DNA of 64,000 nt from Candidatus Levyibacteriota bacterium (GCA_963790825.1 CAWBPM010000002.1:423159-487158), one strand, 5' to 3'. Counted from the first letter of the stretch, positions 1-11,822 are shown. Program-made: numbers and translations. Notes: generated by a model not told the origin, from the sequence alone.

Positions 1-607
1 CAAAGACCGCGCTCAATAAGAGCAGCAATGACCCAAATCCCATTCTGGCTCCCGCTACTATATCGGGGTCAATTCTGGATAATATTCTTCTGGCAAGTAC
101 AGTTTCTACTGCCCAAAGTAAAGTAGCAATGAGTATAAACATCTCACCCTCTGAGAAGCTGAAGCCTTTAAACCCCCCGATTGTCAAATTTCCCAAAAAT
201 ATCAAAATGACTGCGACAAATTGTAAACGGGACAGTTTTTCTTTTAACAGCGGAATTGCCAGCAGGGCAACCCAAAAAACTAATGTCTTATTGATGAGAA
301 CTGCATTGATTGCGGGAACCATCGAAAGACCGGTAAAAAAAAGATAAAAGGGAATCGACCCACCAACAATACCGATCAAACCTAAAATTAAATAATCCTT
401 CCGGGTCAAGTATTTCAGTTTTTTCCATTTCGCAGAGATAAGTAAAATGCCGATAAGGAGAAGTCCTACCCCAAAATTTTTAGTTGAAGTAAATATTAAT
501 GGCGGTTTGATGATATCCACGGCAAATTTATTGGCAAAATTAGAAAATCCGGAAATCACTGCAGTGATGAGCGCAAGATAAATACCTGTTTTATAGGCAC
601 TTTTCAT
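1..607 (-). CDS. EamA/DMT-family transporter (3' end runs off the window)
   Basis: Manual translation from ATG at 607: MKSAYKTGIYLALITAVISGFSNFANKFAV..., with many hydrophobic helices and the DMT-like 'AIPLLKEKL' motif. Absent from the ORF track because it is truncated. Confidence 0.75.
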   Translation of the reverse strand, partial: MKSAYKTGIYLALITAVISGFSNFANKFAVDIIKPPLIFTSTKNFGVGLLLIGILLISAKWKKLKYLTRKDYLILGLIGIVGGSIPFYLFFTGLSMVPAINAVLINKTLVFWVALLAIPLLKEKLSRLQFVAVILIFLGNLTIGGFKGFSFSEGEMFILIATLLWAVETVLARRILSRIDPDIVAGARMGFGSLLLLLSAVF

Positions 608-615
608 AGAGGAAA

Positions 616-900
616 TTAGTTTGGCCAAACCTGTTTGCCGGTCTCCGCGTCTGTGATAATAATTGCTTTAGTCGGACAGGACTCTGCAGCGGTTATTATA
701 TTTTCCGGACTGTCAGTGCTGTTTTGAAGAACAATTGCTTTATTTTCGTTGTCTAATTGAAAAGTACCCGGAGAAACCGCTACGCACGATGCTGCCCCGA
801 TACATGCATTGCGATCTACTTTCACTTTATATTTTCCGATAACGAATACTTTATCTCCTGTTGCAGGTGGTTGGGAAGGAGGATTCGCTTGATCTGGCAT
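616..900 (-). CDS. Ferredoxin (single cluster, 3Fe-4S/4Fe-4S type)
   Basis: CIGAASC...SCPTKAI cysteine pattern. Confidence 0.9.
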   Translation of the reverse strand: MPDQANPPSQPPATGDKVFVIGKYKVKVDRNACIGAASCVAVSPGTFQLDNENKAIVLQNSTDSPENIITAAESCPTKAIIITDAETGKQVWPN

Positions 901-989
901 AATATATTACTAGTATAAAGATTGTAGGAAAAAAATCAAGAGGACGATTTTGTATGTGCTATTATTGATAGGTAAAATAAAATTAAGCT

Positions 990-1694
990 ATGCGCGCATT
1001 ACTCAAAGACAGAAAAGAAATAGCCCAAGACACACTCTATCTCGCTTTTGATCTGCTCGGGCAAGAGCTGACGTTCCAGGCAGGGCAGTTTTTTACGCTG
1101 ACATTATCTAATCCTTCCCATACCGACAACAGAGGAAACCAGCGCTTTCTGGGTTTTATTAATAGTCCCAGTAAAAAGGGAATTGTCGAAACTGCGACAG
1201 TTATGGGAGTTTCCGCGTTTAAAAAATCATTAGTCGAGTTGGAATTGGGAAGTGAAGTAGAAATCGGACCGGTTGGGGGAGAAGGAGTACTAAAAGACAA
1301 AACCAAACCCCTGGTCTATGTCGCATCGGGTATTGGCATTGTTCCTTTTATGAGTGCTATTCATATGGTAAAAGATTTGAATTTGCCGGACAAAATAATT
1401 CTGCTTTATGAGCAAACCGATAAAGCGTCAACTGCGTTCTTTGATGAGTTGACAACGTATGCTAAAGAGAATCAAAATTTCACCTGTATTATAACGCTGA
1501 CTGACGATTCAAGTTGGGTAGGGGAGAAAAGAAAAATCGATTCACAATTTTTCAAAGAGTATCTCTTGAAACCAGAGATATATCACTATGTTATCACCGG
1601 TCCGCTAAAGAATGTTTTAGCAATACAAAATGCACTAAAAGTTGCTGGTGCAAAACCGGAAGACATCAGAATAGAAATATTTTCAGGTTACTAA
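990..1694 (+). CDS. FAD/NAD(P)-binding ferredoxin-reductase-type oxidoreductase
   Basis: FQAGQF, GPVG, ASGIGIVPFMS, C-terminal EIFSGY. Confidence 0.85.
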   Translation: MRALLKDRKEIAQDTLYLAFDLLGQELTFQAGQFFTLTLSNPSHTDNRGNQRFLGFINSPSKKGIVETATVMGVSAFKKSLVELELGSEVEIGPVGGEGVLKDKTKPLVYVASGIGIVPFMSAIHMVKDLNLPDKIILLYEQTDKASTAFFDELTTYAKENQNFTCIITLTDDSSWVGEKRKIDSQFFKEYLLKPEIYHYVITGPLKNVLAIQNALKVAGAKPEDIRIEIFSGY

Positions 1695-1710
1695 TTCGGA
1701 GTGACAATCT

Positions 1711-2570
1711 TTATGTAAACTTCTTAAATAGTTCCGCCAGATCTCTTCCTTCAGGTGAGTGCTCAATGAGTGGTTTATCTTTGATTTGCAGAATAAGAGA
1801 TTCATATGAAGGCTCCTTGTCATTTTTATAAAATACGCCGATAGGGATTTGCTTTAGTCCCCATTCTCCTGCTTTTTTGAACGCCGCATCTTTGTCACTT
1901 GTATTATGACTTGCATCAAGATTATAAATATTCTCCTGGAAGAATAAATGTGTATATTGTTTATTCCAGGTAACACACGGCTGGAGAATATCGACAACTG
2001 CAAATCCCGGGTGCTGTTCCGCCTGAATCATGAGATCCGTAAGCTGAGGGATATTACTCGCATAAGCTCGGGCAACAAATGTAGCGCCGGCCGCAATTGC
2101 CAACCTCAGCGGATTTAACGGTCCTTCTATGCTGCCAAAGGAGTTGACTTTGATTTATACTCCATCGGTGACGTTGGAGAAGTTTGACCGGTTGTCAGCC
2201 CGTATATAGAATTGTCATGAATAAAGACAGTGATGTTGACATTTCTGCGAGCTGCATGCAGGAAATGATTGCCTCCTTCAGACAATGAGTCTCCATCTCC
2301 GGTAAAAACAAAAACATGCAATTTGTTATTCGCCATTTTAATGCCTTCCGCTACAGGTAATGCCCGTCCGTGAAGTCCTTCGAATGAAGTCAGTTTGGTA
2401 AAGTTAGTCAGGTGTCCATGGCAGCCGATGCCCGCAACGAGTGCGGTATTGCTATTATTCCAATCCTCCTTCACTGCGGCATTTTTAAAAGCAGCCCAAA
2501 TGGCAATATCTCCACAACCCGGACACCAACTTTGCTGACAAGGTGTAGTTAAGTCCTGTAAAGTAATCAT
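1711..2570 (-). pseudogene. 2-oxoacid:ferredoxin oxidoreductase beta subunit, split by a 1-nt frameshift near 2137
   Basis: WCPGCG, GIGC, TPP motif GDGD...N, YGLTTGQTSPT, DILQPCVTWN. Adding one T to CCTTTGGC restores ...STPFGSIEGPLNPLRLAIAAG and joins the two ORFs. Confidence 0.85.
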
Positions 2571-2575
2571 ATTTC

Positions 2576-4294
2576 TTATTTCTTTAGAATATTTTGTAGT
2601 TTTTCACTAATTTCCTCGGGAAAGAATGGTCGTCCATCATATTTTAGTAACGTATCGGTAATCTTGTATCCCGTATGCTCCATTACAAGATGTGCAAATT
2701 GGGCAGTATAGTTCGATTCAATATCTAGAACATGTTTTGCTTTTATCAGTGCATTTCTCACTGCTGACGTCGGGAATGGACTCATCCAGGTGACGTGTAA
2801 AAAATTAACATTGGGAAAATCCTCTAATGCCTGTAAAATACTACCCTTTGTACTTCCCCAAGAAATGACAGTAACCTCAGCATTTTCCGGTCCATACAAC
2901 TTTGGCAAGGTCATATCCTGCTCCTGACAAATTTGTTGTTTTTTCATACGTTTATCAACCTGCATGCGCACTATTTCCGCTTCTTCGCTGTCATACCCCT
3001 TGTCCGTATGTTCGTTAGAATTGCCGATGAAAAAATTTCCTAATCCCGGCAAAGACCTCGGAGAAATACCGTCATCACTTGCTGCATACCGACTATAATT
3101 TGCGTCAGTTGACAATGTGAGCTTACCCCGATCTATCGTATAGGAACTCGTATCAAATAACCGGTAACCATGATCGTCTTCGCAAATATTTTTATCGATG
3201 AGAACTATAACCGGTGTTTGGTATTTATCCGCCAGATTAAACGCCTGCATGGTCAGCTCGAAAGCTTCTTTGCCGTCTCCGGGAGAGAGAACAATACGGG
3301 GAAAATCACCCTGATGGGCATGGAGAATAAATTGCAAATCTCCTTGTGCTGTCCAGGTCGGCAAACCCGTAGCCGGACCAGGACGCATACCCTCGATAAT
3401 AACCAAAGGTGTTTCAGTCATTGCCGCCAAGCCGTAGCCTTCTGTCATCAGACAAAAACCACCGCCTGACGTCGCTACCAGTGATCTTGCTCCGGTAAAA
3501 CTGGCTCCGATAGCCATATTGATTGCTGAAATTTCGTCTTCAGGTTGTTTATAGATGTAGGCGAATTTTTCTTGCTGCAAAGCAAGCACTGCCAGAATGT
3601 TTGTGATCGGCGTCATCGGGTAGATAGAGGCGAACTGCATTCCAGCCGCAATCGCCCCCAAAGCGACTGCTTCAGTACCATTAACAATCATCTGTGGTTC
3701 TCTGTATTGCGGAGTTAGGAGCGGCTGAATTTTATCGGCAAACTGTTCTTTGGCGAACTCATATCCTGCCTGTGCTGCCTTATGATTCATCTTTATGATA
3801 CTTTCTCCTTTTTTTAAAAATTCTTCTTCCAATAACGTTTTGACAATCGTAATATCTCCACCAATGAGTGCTATTAATGCACCAACAGCCACAGTATTAA
3901 TGAGAATTTCTTTGCCGCCCGCTTCGGCTGCAAATTTTGCCAACGGAACAGGATATAAGCGAATATTTTTGCTCCCCTTGCTGATTGTAAAATCTTTTTC
4001 ACTATCATAAAGTATGCCCCCTCCGTCCGGGATTTCACTTATGTGTCTTGTGATCGTATCCTGATTGAGAGCAATTAAGAAATCTGTGCGTTTAATTGGC
4101 GCTCTGACTTCTTCCCGGGAAAAAAGAATTTGCATGACATTATGTCCGCCCCGAATAAGTGAAGGATATTCCGTATATGTATGAATATAATATCCTGACC
4201 GGGTAGCAACTTTTGCAAACAATAGTCCTTCTGATTTTACTCCCTGACCTGCTTGCCCGCCGATTTTTACGCTTATGATAGTTTGATTGGACAT
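2576..4294 (-). CDS. 2-oxoacid:ferredoxin oxidoreductase alpha subunit (gamma-alpha fusion)
   Basis: GGQAGQG, YPSLIRGGH, YPMTP, EDEISA, TSGGGF, RPGPATGLPT. Confidence 0.93.
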   Translation of the reverse strand: MSNQTIISVKIGGQAGQGVKSEGLLFAKVATRSGYYIHTYTEYPSLIRGGHNVMQILFSREEVRAPIKRTDFLIALNQDTITRHISEIPDGGGILYDSEKDFTISKGSKNIRLYPVPLAKFAAEAGGKEILINTVAVGALIALIGGDITIVKTLLEEEFLKKGESIIKMNHKAAQAGYEFAKEQFADKIQPLLTPQYREPQMIVNGTEAVALGAIAAGMQFASIYPMTPITNILAVLALQQEKFAYIYKQPEDEISAINMAIGASFTGARSLVATSGGGFCLMTEGYGLAAMTETPLVIIEGMRPGPATGLPTWTAQGDLQFILHAHQGDFPRIVLSPGDGKEAFELTMQAFNLADKYQTPVIVLIDKNICEDDHGYRLFDTSSYTIDRGKLTLSTDANYSRYAASDDGISPRSLPGLGNFFIGNSNEHTDKGYDSEEAEIVRMQVDKRMKKQQICQEQDMTLPKLYGPENAEVTVISWGSTKGSILQALEDFPNVNFLHVTWMSPFPTSAVRNALIKAKHVLDIESNYTAQFAHLVMEHTGYKITDTLLKYDGRPFFPEEISEKLQNILKK

Positions 4295-4306
4295 AAGATT
4301 TTTTCT

Positions 4307-5056
4307 CTAGAACTTTTCAGTATAGATTCTCTCTTTTGGACAGTTATTAGAAAGCAGGATGTTGGTTGCTTCTTCAATCATTTCTTTATTACCGCATAGA
4401 TACGCACTGCATCCGCTTGCATCAGGATATTCTTTATTTAAATAGTCGGTGATATGACCCGTATATCCCTGCCAGTCCTGATCAGGCTTAGAAAGGGTAA
4501 TATTACAAGTAAAATTAGGATGTTCCTCGGATAACTGCTCAAAGTAACCTTGCCAAAAGATGTCAGTAGGATAGCGTAAACCAAAAAAGAGCGTCATGGG
4601 TGTTTGGATATTTTTCTCTTTCAGTGCCGAATAAATAATACTTCTGAGTGGACTGCAACCTGAACCTGTTGCGAGAAAGAGCATATGTTTTGCGCCGTCA
4701 TTTTCCTGCAAAGTAAAAACACCAAATGGTCCCAGATATTCTATTTCGTCACTGACTTTTAAATTTTCAAAATAATGAGAACCAGGACCCCCCGGAGTTA
4801 TATCAACCAATAATTTAAATTTATTCGGATCATCAAGACAAGCAATAGAATAATCCCTGATTTGATTTTCTGCGACTTTTATACTGATATACTGCCCGGG
4901 TTTAAAAACTAAAGGAGTAGAAGATTCAAGCGTAAATTGATGACAGCAAGTAGTGAGAATACTGTGATCCAATACTTTTGCGCTGTGAAACGCAGGACCC
5001 ACTACAATAGGTGGGGAAGTTACTTCTTGCGGTTGTACTAACAAATCATTTGACAT
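4307..5056 (-). CDS. FAD/NAD(P)-binding ferredoxin-reductase-type oxidoreductase
   Basis: FKPGQY, RDYSI, GPGS, GPFG, ATGSG, YLCG, terminal EKF. Confidence 0.88.
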   Translation of the reverse strand: MSNDLLVQPQEVTSPPIVVGPAFHSAKVLDHSILTTCCHQFTLESSTPLVFKPGQYISIKVAENQIRDYSIACLDDPNKFKLLVDITPGGPGSHYFENLKVSDEIEYLGPFGVFTLQENDGAKHMLFLATGSGCSPLRSIIYSALKEKNIQTPMTLFFGLRYPTDIFWQGYFEQLSEEHPNFTCNITLSKPDQDWQGYTGHITDYLNKEYPDASGCSAYLCGNKEMIEEATNILLSNNCPKERIYTEKF

Positions 5057-5334
5057 ACTCTAATCTATACTAGTGGACAATATTCTTTTTGTCAAAAGTA
5101 TAAATTTCCTATTAATGAATATTAAGGAATAAATAATGTTGAATATTTACAAACTGTAACTTATGAAATACAGAAATTAGCAACAAATGTGCTAAAACAA
5201 CGCAGAGAACAAAACTTGCTTTATAAATTTATCTCTTTACATTGTTAGAAGAGCATAAACAGTAACTCCTCATTGACACTTATTTGCCTGTATGGCATAG
5301 TAAAATTACGCAGTAAAGTCTGTAGTTTTTTGTT

Positions 5335-5817
5335 ATGAAGAAAATTACAACATACGCCTTTATCGACAGTCAAAACTTGAACTTAGGAGTTCGTTCACAG
5401 GGGTGGAGACTGGACTGGCAAAAATTTAGACAATACCTACGAAATAAATATAACGTGACAAATGCTTTTCTGTTTATTGGATATAAGCCGGGTAATGAAG
5501 CTCTTTACGCCAACTTACAAAAAATGGGCTATTTGGTAATTCTTAAGCCAACACTGGAATTACCGGATAAGTCAGTTAAAGGAAATGTTGATGCTGAGCT
5601 TGTACTCCACACAATGATTCAGTTTGAAAACTTTGACAAAGCTATCATTTTCTCAGGAGATGAAGATTTCTTCTGCTTGGTAGAGTATCTTGAGAGTAAA
5701 AATAAACTACTACATATTTTGACTCCAAATAAGCATTATTCAAGGTTGTTTAAGAAATACTCAGGATATATTGTACAAGTAGATTGGTTAAGAAACAGTC
5801 TGGAACTTAAAACATAA
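5335..5817 (+). CDS. NYN (LabA/DUF88, PIN-like) ribonuclease
   Basis: FIDSQNL, KGNVDAEL, SGDEDF acidic motifs. Confidence 0.88.
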   Translation: MKKITTYAFIDSQNLNLGVRSQGWRLDWQKFRQYLRNKYNVTNAFLFIGYKPGNEALYANLQKMGYLVILKPTLELPDKSVKGNVDAELVLHTMIQFENFDKAIIFSGDEDFFCLVEYLESKNKLLHILTPNKHYSRLFKKYSGYIVQVDWLRNSLELKT

Positions 5818-5872
5818 AAAAACTGGCATCAGCGGTCGGTCGAAACCTTAGGCCTATCCAGTCATCGTGATA
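5816..5872 (-). ncRNA. Candidate ~55-nt small RNA convergent on the NYN gene
   Basis: Own promoter (5906-5878), ACTGG/CCAGT closing stem, GGT-TTCG-ACC hairpin, U7 tail; no ORF. Confidence 0.45.
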
Positions 5873-5877
5873 AAATA

Positions 5878-5906
5878 TTTATATCATATGAAACACAAAT
5901 TGTCAA
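5878..5906 (-). promoter_or_regulatory. sigma70-type promoter TTGACA-N17-TATAAA with TGn extension
   Basis: Direct sequence reading; it faces the NYN 3' end. Confidence 0.6.
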
Positions 5907-5944
5907 ATATTTTTACAGCGAAATAATTTAACAATTATTAACTT

Positions 5945-8900
5945 ATGCAAGCGAAACATTTATTAAAATTTAATAATTATATAGTGACTCCGACTTTGCC
6001 GCGAACGAATCGGAAGAGATGGAGATTTCATAAATGGAAGTTTCCGACATTCACTTCACTTCTTTTCTGGAAAAATTTAAGAGGACAAAAAAAGCAATAT
6101 TATTACCTTATTTTGGGAAGCGTACTGCTCCTAGCGGGAATTGCCGCTCTAACGATTGCTCTCAATATGAAAAAAGCCGAAGCAGCCTGGTATAACGATA
6201 ATTGGGAATACAGACAGGCTATAACAGTTACCGTTCCCAGCAACGGAAGCGATGTGAATAATTTGGAGACTCTTTTAACTATCATTAACACTAATACGCT
6301 TATTTCCGCCGGTAAACTGCAAACCAATTGTCAGGATCTTAGATTTACTTCTCAAACAGGCACTCTATTACCTTACTATATAGATTCAGGTTGTAATACC
6401 GCCTCTGCCAAAATCTGGGTAGCGGTGGATAAAGTCCCTGCCAATACTACTACTTACACTCTCTATATGTATTATGGTAACCCCTCAGCTATTGCCGGAA
6501 CCAATCCTACCCGCTTTGATCTCTTTAACGGTCTCGTCGGCTACTGGCCGATGAATGAAACCACCTGGAATAACGTAGCAGGGGAAGTGAAAGATGTATC
6601 AGTCAGTGGAAACAATGGCCAGGGTTCAGGCTATAGTTCAACCTCGCTCCCAGCGGGCAAGTACGGAAATGCAGGAACGTTTAGCGGGAGTCAAGGAGTG
6701 ACATTGTCTCCGCTCTCAGCATTAACCACAAATTTTACAGTGAGCGCATGGGTGAAGACTACAACCAGTGGTGTATGGCAATCTATTTATCGAAGTGGCA
6801 CTGCTACAAATTTTTGGAAATTTGTTATCGATTATAATAATCATTTGGATTTCACTGAGCAAGGAATAACCGATTATCCCACGACACAAACAATTTCACA
6901 GAACCAATGGGTATTTGTCGCCGTGACAAAAAACGGTGATACCGGCACTAATCTTGCCTTTTACATTAATGGGATAGCTGCTGGAACCGCAAGTGTGGGA
7001 TCGGTGGTTACACCAAGCGGGAGTGCAAATATAGGTGGAATAGAGAATTTCGTTGGATAAATTGATGACGAGCGTACCTACAACCGCGCGCTCGCACCTT
7101 GGGAGATTAAGAATCTTTATAACAACCCCGGAGTTCTGGCGTCTTACGCTTCGACTAATTCCAATCCACCACCTCCTTCGCCAGTGAAGAAGTCGGCACA
7201 GCCCCAATAGCCTATTGGAAATTTGATGACGGACAGGGAATTATAGCCTCCAATTCCGCTTCGCTTAACAATTACGGAGTCTTATCAGGAGCAACAAAAC
7301 CAGCTTGGCAGACCGAGGACCAGTGTGTCAGCGGTAAATGTTTGTATTTCAACGGGATAACCTCCAATGTCTCCACTGCCAGTATCAGTGGAGCTATCCA
7401 AACAGTTTCTCTTTGGGTGAAGCCAGCTACCTCTTCCGCCTCCATCCTCCAACTCAATAGTACTCAGGACATTTACGCTGCTAGCGGAGTAGTCAGTACA
7501 GATGGCATCACCTCACCTGTTATTTATGTCAATGGAAATCAGAACGGTACCCTTAAAGCTAACAACTGGAATCATATAGAAGTTACTACTCCCAATGGTA
7601 TGATTGCTACTACTCCCATCCTTGGTAAACTCTGGCGGGGAGTATTAAATGGTTTTATTGATGACGTCAAACTCTATCCCTACGCCCGCACAGCACAAGT
7701 ATTAACCGATTACAACGCCCGTGGTTCAGTCAAAGGCGCATCCGTCAATATCGGTATTCCTCCTAACTCCAATTTCTCCGCTCTTAACCAGGGTCTCGTC
7801 GGCTACTGGAAAATGGATGAAGCTACCTGGAGCGGAACCCTGGGGGAAGTAGTCGATTCATCGGGGAACGGAAATAACGGGACGGCAGCATGTTCAGGAA
7901 CAGGCTGCGGAAAGGCCTATTCTGGAAGTCCGTCTAAATTTGGTAATGCAGGACAGTTTGAGGGATAGATAATTATGTAAGTATTGGAAATCCCTCATTG
8001 CTCCAGATGACTGGCTCTTTTACTCTATCAGCTTGGGTTAATCTAAAAAATTACAATAAATTTAGCGATTTTATCGGCAAGAGTGATAATACGCAGACGA
8101 ATAATGCATATACATTACGTACAAATTCAACAACAGGGATTCCCGACATGATTGTATTTACAGGAGCATCCTGTACTGGCACTAATATAGTCGGGTCAAC
8201 CGCCCTTGGTACCAATGCCTGGCATTTAGTTACCGGGGTATATAATGCCAGTATCGGCACGGGATATTTATATATTGATGGTATCTTAACCTCAACGCAA
8301 GCTGGGATAACCGGTACCGTTTGTGGAACAAATGGAAATGTACAGATAGGTATCATGGGAGCCGGTGGATATGGGAGCGGGACTAATGGTTCCATCGACG
8401 AAGCTCGTATCTACAACCGAGCGCTATCTCCTTCCGATGTGCAGAATTTGTATAACTACGCCCCAGGTCCAGTGGCGTATTATAACTTTGAAGAAGGTTC
8501 AGGAAGCACTGTGAATGATAAATCAGGCTATGGCAACAATGGCACGTGGGAAGGAACCCTGGGCAAGCAATACAAGACAGGAAAATACGGTTGGGCCGGC
8601 AACTTCAACGGAACGGATAATGGTGTATTCATGGGTGTTAATAAACTTGCAACCGCAAGTGGTGGCTTAAGTTTTGGTGCTTGGGCAAAGTGGAAAAGTT
8701 TTCCAACAAGTAATGTACCTGCAGTCTTGAGTGATGCAGATAGTGGCGCAATAAACGGGTTTATGCTCTATAGTGGGACTTCTGCACCATATAATACAGC
8801 AAAAGCATTTGTCCATACATCAAATGGCCTAAATGTCGTACAAAGTAGTACATTGTTGAATACAAATCAATGGTATTACATTTATGTTACTTATGATGGT

Positions 8901-11295
8901 ACGAATCTCAAGTTGTATTTAAATGGAGTTTTGGATACAACCCAGTCAGCAACTGGAACAATTACATCGGGGCGCCCTGGATGGTTTCCTTATCGGACAG
9001 ACCTACTATTATGGTCTAGCACCTTTTAACGGTCAAATCGACGAAGTCCGTATCTACAACTACGCCATCTCGCAAAAACAAATAGTTCAGGACATGAACG
9101 GGGGAGCTTCCACTGTGGCAGTAGGCGGCACCAGGGCTGGGGCTGTAGGGTATTGGAAATTTGATGAAGGCTACGGGACAGTAGTAAATAATTCGGGATA
9201 TGGCGGTACTGTGCTAAACGGAACAAACGGTATCGGTACAACAGCATGGAGGCTAGATGGAAAGTATGGGAAAGCACTTTATTTTAATGGCGCAAGTAAT
9301 ATTTCTATTCCGGCTAATAGTGTATTTAACGGTTTTAATTCGTCAAGTCAGTTTTCGCTTTGCGCATGGATTTCAACCACTGCATCTGGCGGTTATATTA
9401 TGTCCACTATGAATGTAACACCAAGAGGATATGGGATGTATCTATCTTCGGGAAAAGTTGCTGTTGAACTTTATAATAACGGGTCAAATGTAATAAAAGT
9501 TGTATCTGCAAACACTGTAAATGATGGTAAGTGGCATTATGTTATGGCTACTTATGATGGTTCGGTTAAAGCAGCAGGAGTCAATATCTATATAGACGGG
9601 GTATTACAGCAAAAAAATATTTTGAACGATAGTTTAACAGGTACAATAAGCTCGGGCACGGTACTGGGAATAGGTTCTTACGGACAGGGGGGTTCTTTTT
9701 TCTCAGGCCTAATCGATGAAGTAAAACTCTATCCCTACGCTCTTTCTCCCTCCGAAGTCAAGATGGATTATAACCACAACTCCGCGACTGTCATCGGCGC
9801 GTTCTCGACAAATCCAAGTAACGGGAAAACAGCGTCTAATTCCGCCAGTGCAATTTACTGTGTTCCGGGTGATACAACTACTTGTAATCCGCCGGTTGGG
9901 GAGTGGAATTTTGACGAAGGTGTAGGCGGATATGCAAACGACAGTTCGGGAAATGGGAATCAGGGAACTTGGAATGGGACGGGTAAGAAACATTGAGTAC
10001 CCGGTGTCTCCAACGCCGCCGGCAACTTCAACGGAAGTAATGACTATGTCAGCATAGGGGATAACACTACATTGCATTCTCAGTATGGGACCGTTGAAGG
10101 CTGGGTCAAAACTAAAAATGACGCAGACACGGAATTCTTTACTGGAACCGATGCATCTTCCGGCCAGGATGAATTTGATGTTGAACTTGGTCCGTCCACT
10201 GCCATTTGCACTAACGAGCTGATTACCGTTTATAGTATCGTAACTAATACAGAAGATGTTGATTGCTATACAACTACCAATAGGAATGAGCTGTTTGATG
10301 GTAAATGGCACTATATTGCCGCAACAGTAAGTTCTACAGGAATAAATATATACTTAGACGGTGTGTCAAAGACCCTAAATGTAACAAATTACAGAGGAGA
10401 TGCAGGAGTATTTACTCAATCAACAAACATCAATCGATTCAGGATCGGCGTCTATCCTTCTCCTACAAATTATCTCAAAGGCAGTATCGATCAATTCAGA
10501 ATCTATAACTACGCTCGTACTCCTGCCCAGGTGGCCTGGGATTACAACCGTGGAGGGCCAGTCGGGTATTGGAAGTTTGACGAGTGCCAGGGAGCGACAG
10601 TATTGGATCATTCAGGAAAAGGGAATAACGGCACGATCACAGTTGGCGGAAGCGGAACAGACGTTCTCGGCACATGCACCGGTTCCACCGCCAGCGCTTG
10701 GAAAACCGGAGTGCTGGGAAAATATAATTCCTCGTTATATTTCGACGGCAGCAACGATTATGTGGATATGAGTCAGCCAATCAGTTTGAATATTTCGGGT
10801 GATATGAGTATCAGCGCATGGATAAGGCCATCTGCAATGGGTGCTTTAAATGATGTTATCTCGAATTATAATTCAGGAGGAACTATAGCTGAATATGAAC
10901 TTTATTTCACTAATAATTCAGGCAATCATGTTGATTTTGATTGGGGCAATTCAGGTAATTATAATGACTGGGGAGCTGAAGGATATAATTTTGGAGTGAA
11001 TACGTGGTACCATATCGTAGCAGTCAGAATCGGACTTACAGCTAAGATTTATATAAACGGGATATCTCAACCCCTTACTCAAAGAGGAGCACCAGGCGGA
11101 TCAGGGACGACAGTTCCAACCTCAGGATATGGTAATACCACGATAGGCCGCGCTGGCAGCTTCAGTGGACAGTATTTTTCAGGCCAGATTGATGATGTGC
11201 GGGTGTTCAATTATGCACTGACTCCGGTACAAGTCCAGCTGTTGTATAACAATAACGCAGCATTACAAGTGGCCCCGTTAACAGGGACACCATAA
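5945..11295 (+). pseudogene. Giant DUF2341 + multi-LamG (concanavalin-like) surface protein, disrupted
   Basis: N-terminal TM helix, AWYNDNWEYRQ...DLRFT...YMYYGNP (DUF2341), repeated GYWKFDE...FNG...IDEVRIYNYAL modules. In-frame TAA at 7058 and TGA at 9994; frameshifts near 7160, 7965 and 8970. Confidence 0.85.
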
Positions 11296-11822
11296 TATTG
11301 AATTTTTAATTTACAATTTACAATTTTTCTCGCGGAGCGAGATCTCGCTTCGCTGAGACAATGAATAACCAAACAATAAAAAGCACAAAATACGATTTGG
11401 AAGAACTAACTGCAGTATTTGCCGAAAATATCATTGATCTTATGAAGAAGTTACCCAATAATCCAATAAACAAAATAATGATAGAACAACTAGTCGGATC
11501 AGGAGGATCAATGGGAGCAAACTATTGTGAAGCAAATGAAGCAGAAAGTAAAAAGGATTTTATTCACAAAGTAGGAATTTGTAAAAAGGAAACCAAGGAA
11601 ACAAAGCATTGGCTGCGCTTATTAGCCAGAGCAAACCTGAACTAGCCGAAGAATTTCGTGTATTATGGAAAGAATGCCAAGAACTCCTTTTGATTTTTTC
11701 AGCTATTATCACCAAAAGCAAAACTAGTAATGTTTGAAAATTGTGTCATTGGAGCTTGATTGAAAATTGCCCCTAGGTCCTTAGACTAAGGATCTAAGGA
11801 GAAACTGGGATTTGAAAATTAA
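11296..11822. mobile_element. Four-helix-bundle cassette with imperfect inverted AT-rich flanks and nested short palindromes
   Basis: Left flank AATTTTTAATTTACAATTTACAAT...CAATGA versus right flank TCATTG...ATTGAAAATTG...TTTGAAAATT; nested hairpins at about 11328-11358 and 11771-11799. Confidence 0.45.
11361..11737 (+). pseudogene. Four-helix-bundle protein (IVS/S23-like), frameshifted near 11636
   Basis: QLVGSGGSMGANYCEA...ESKKDFIHKVGICKKETKETKHWL. A 1-nt shift continues as PELAEEFRVLWKECQELLLIFSAII. Confidence 0.8.

Noticed and set aside
9994-9996. In-frame TGA at a probable Trp position, suggesting stop-codon recoding
   Set aside because: pheS, pheT and recG end in TGA, and the same gene also has a TAA and frameshifts, so this is ordinary decay.
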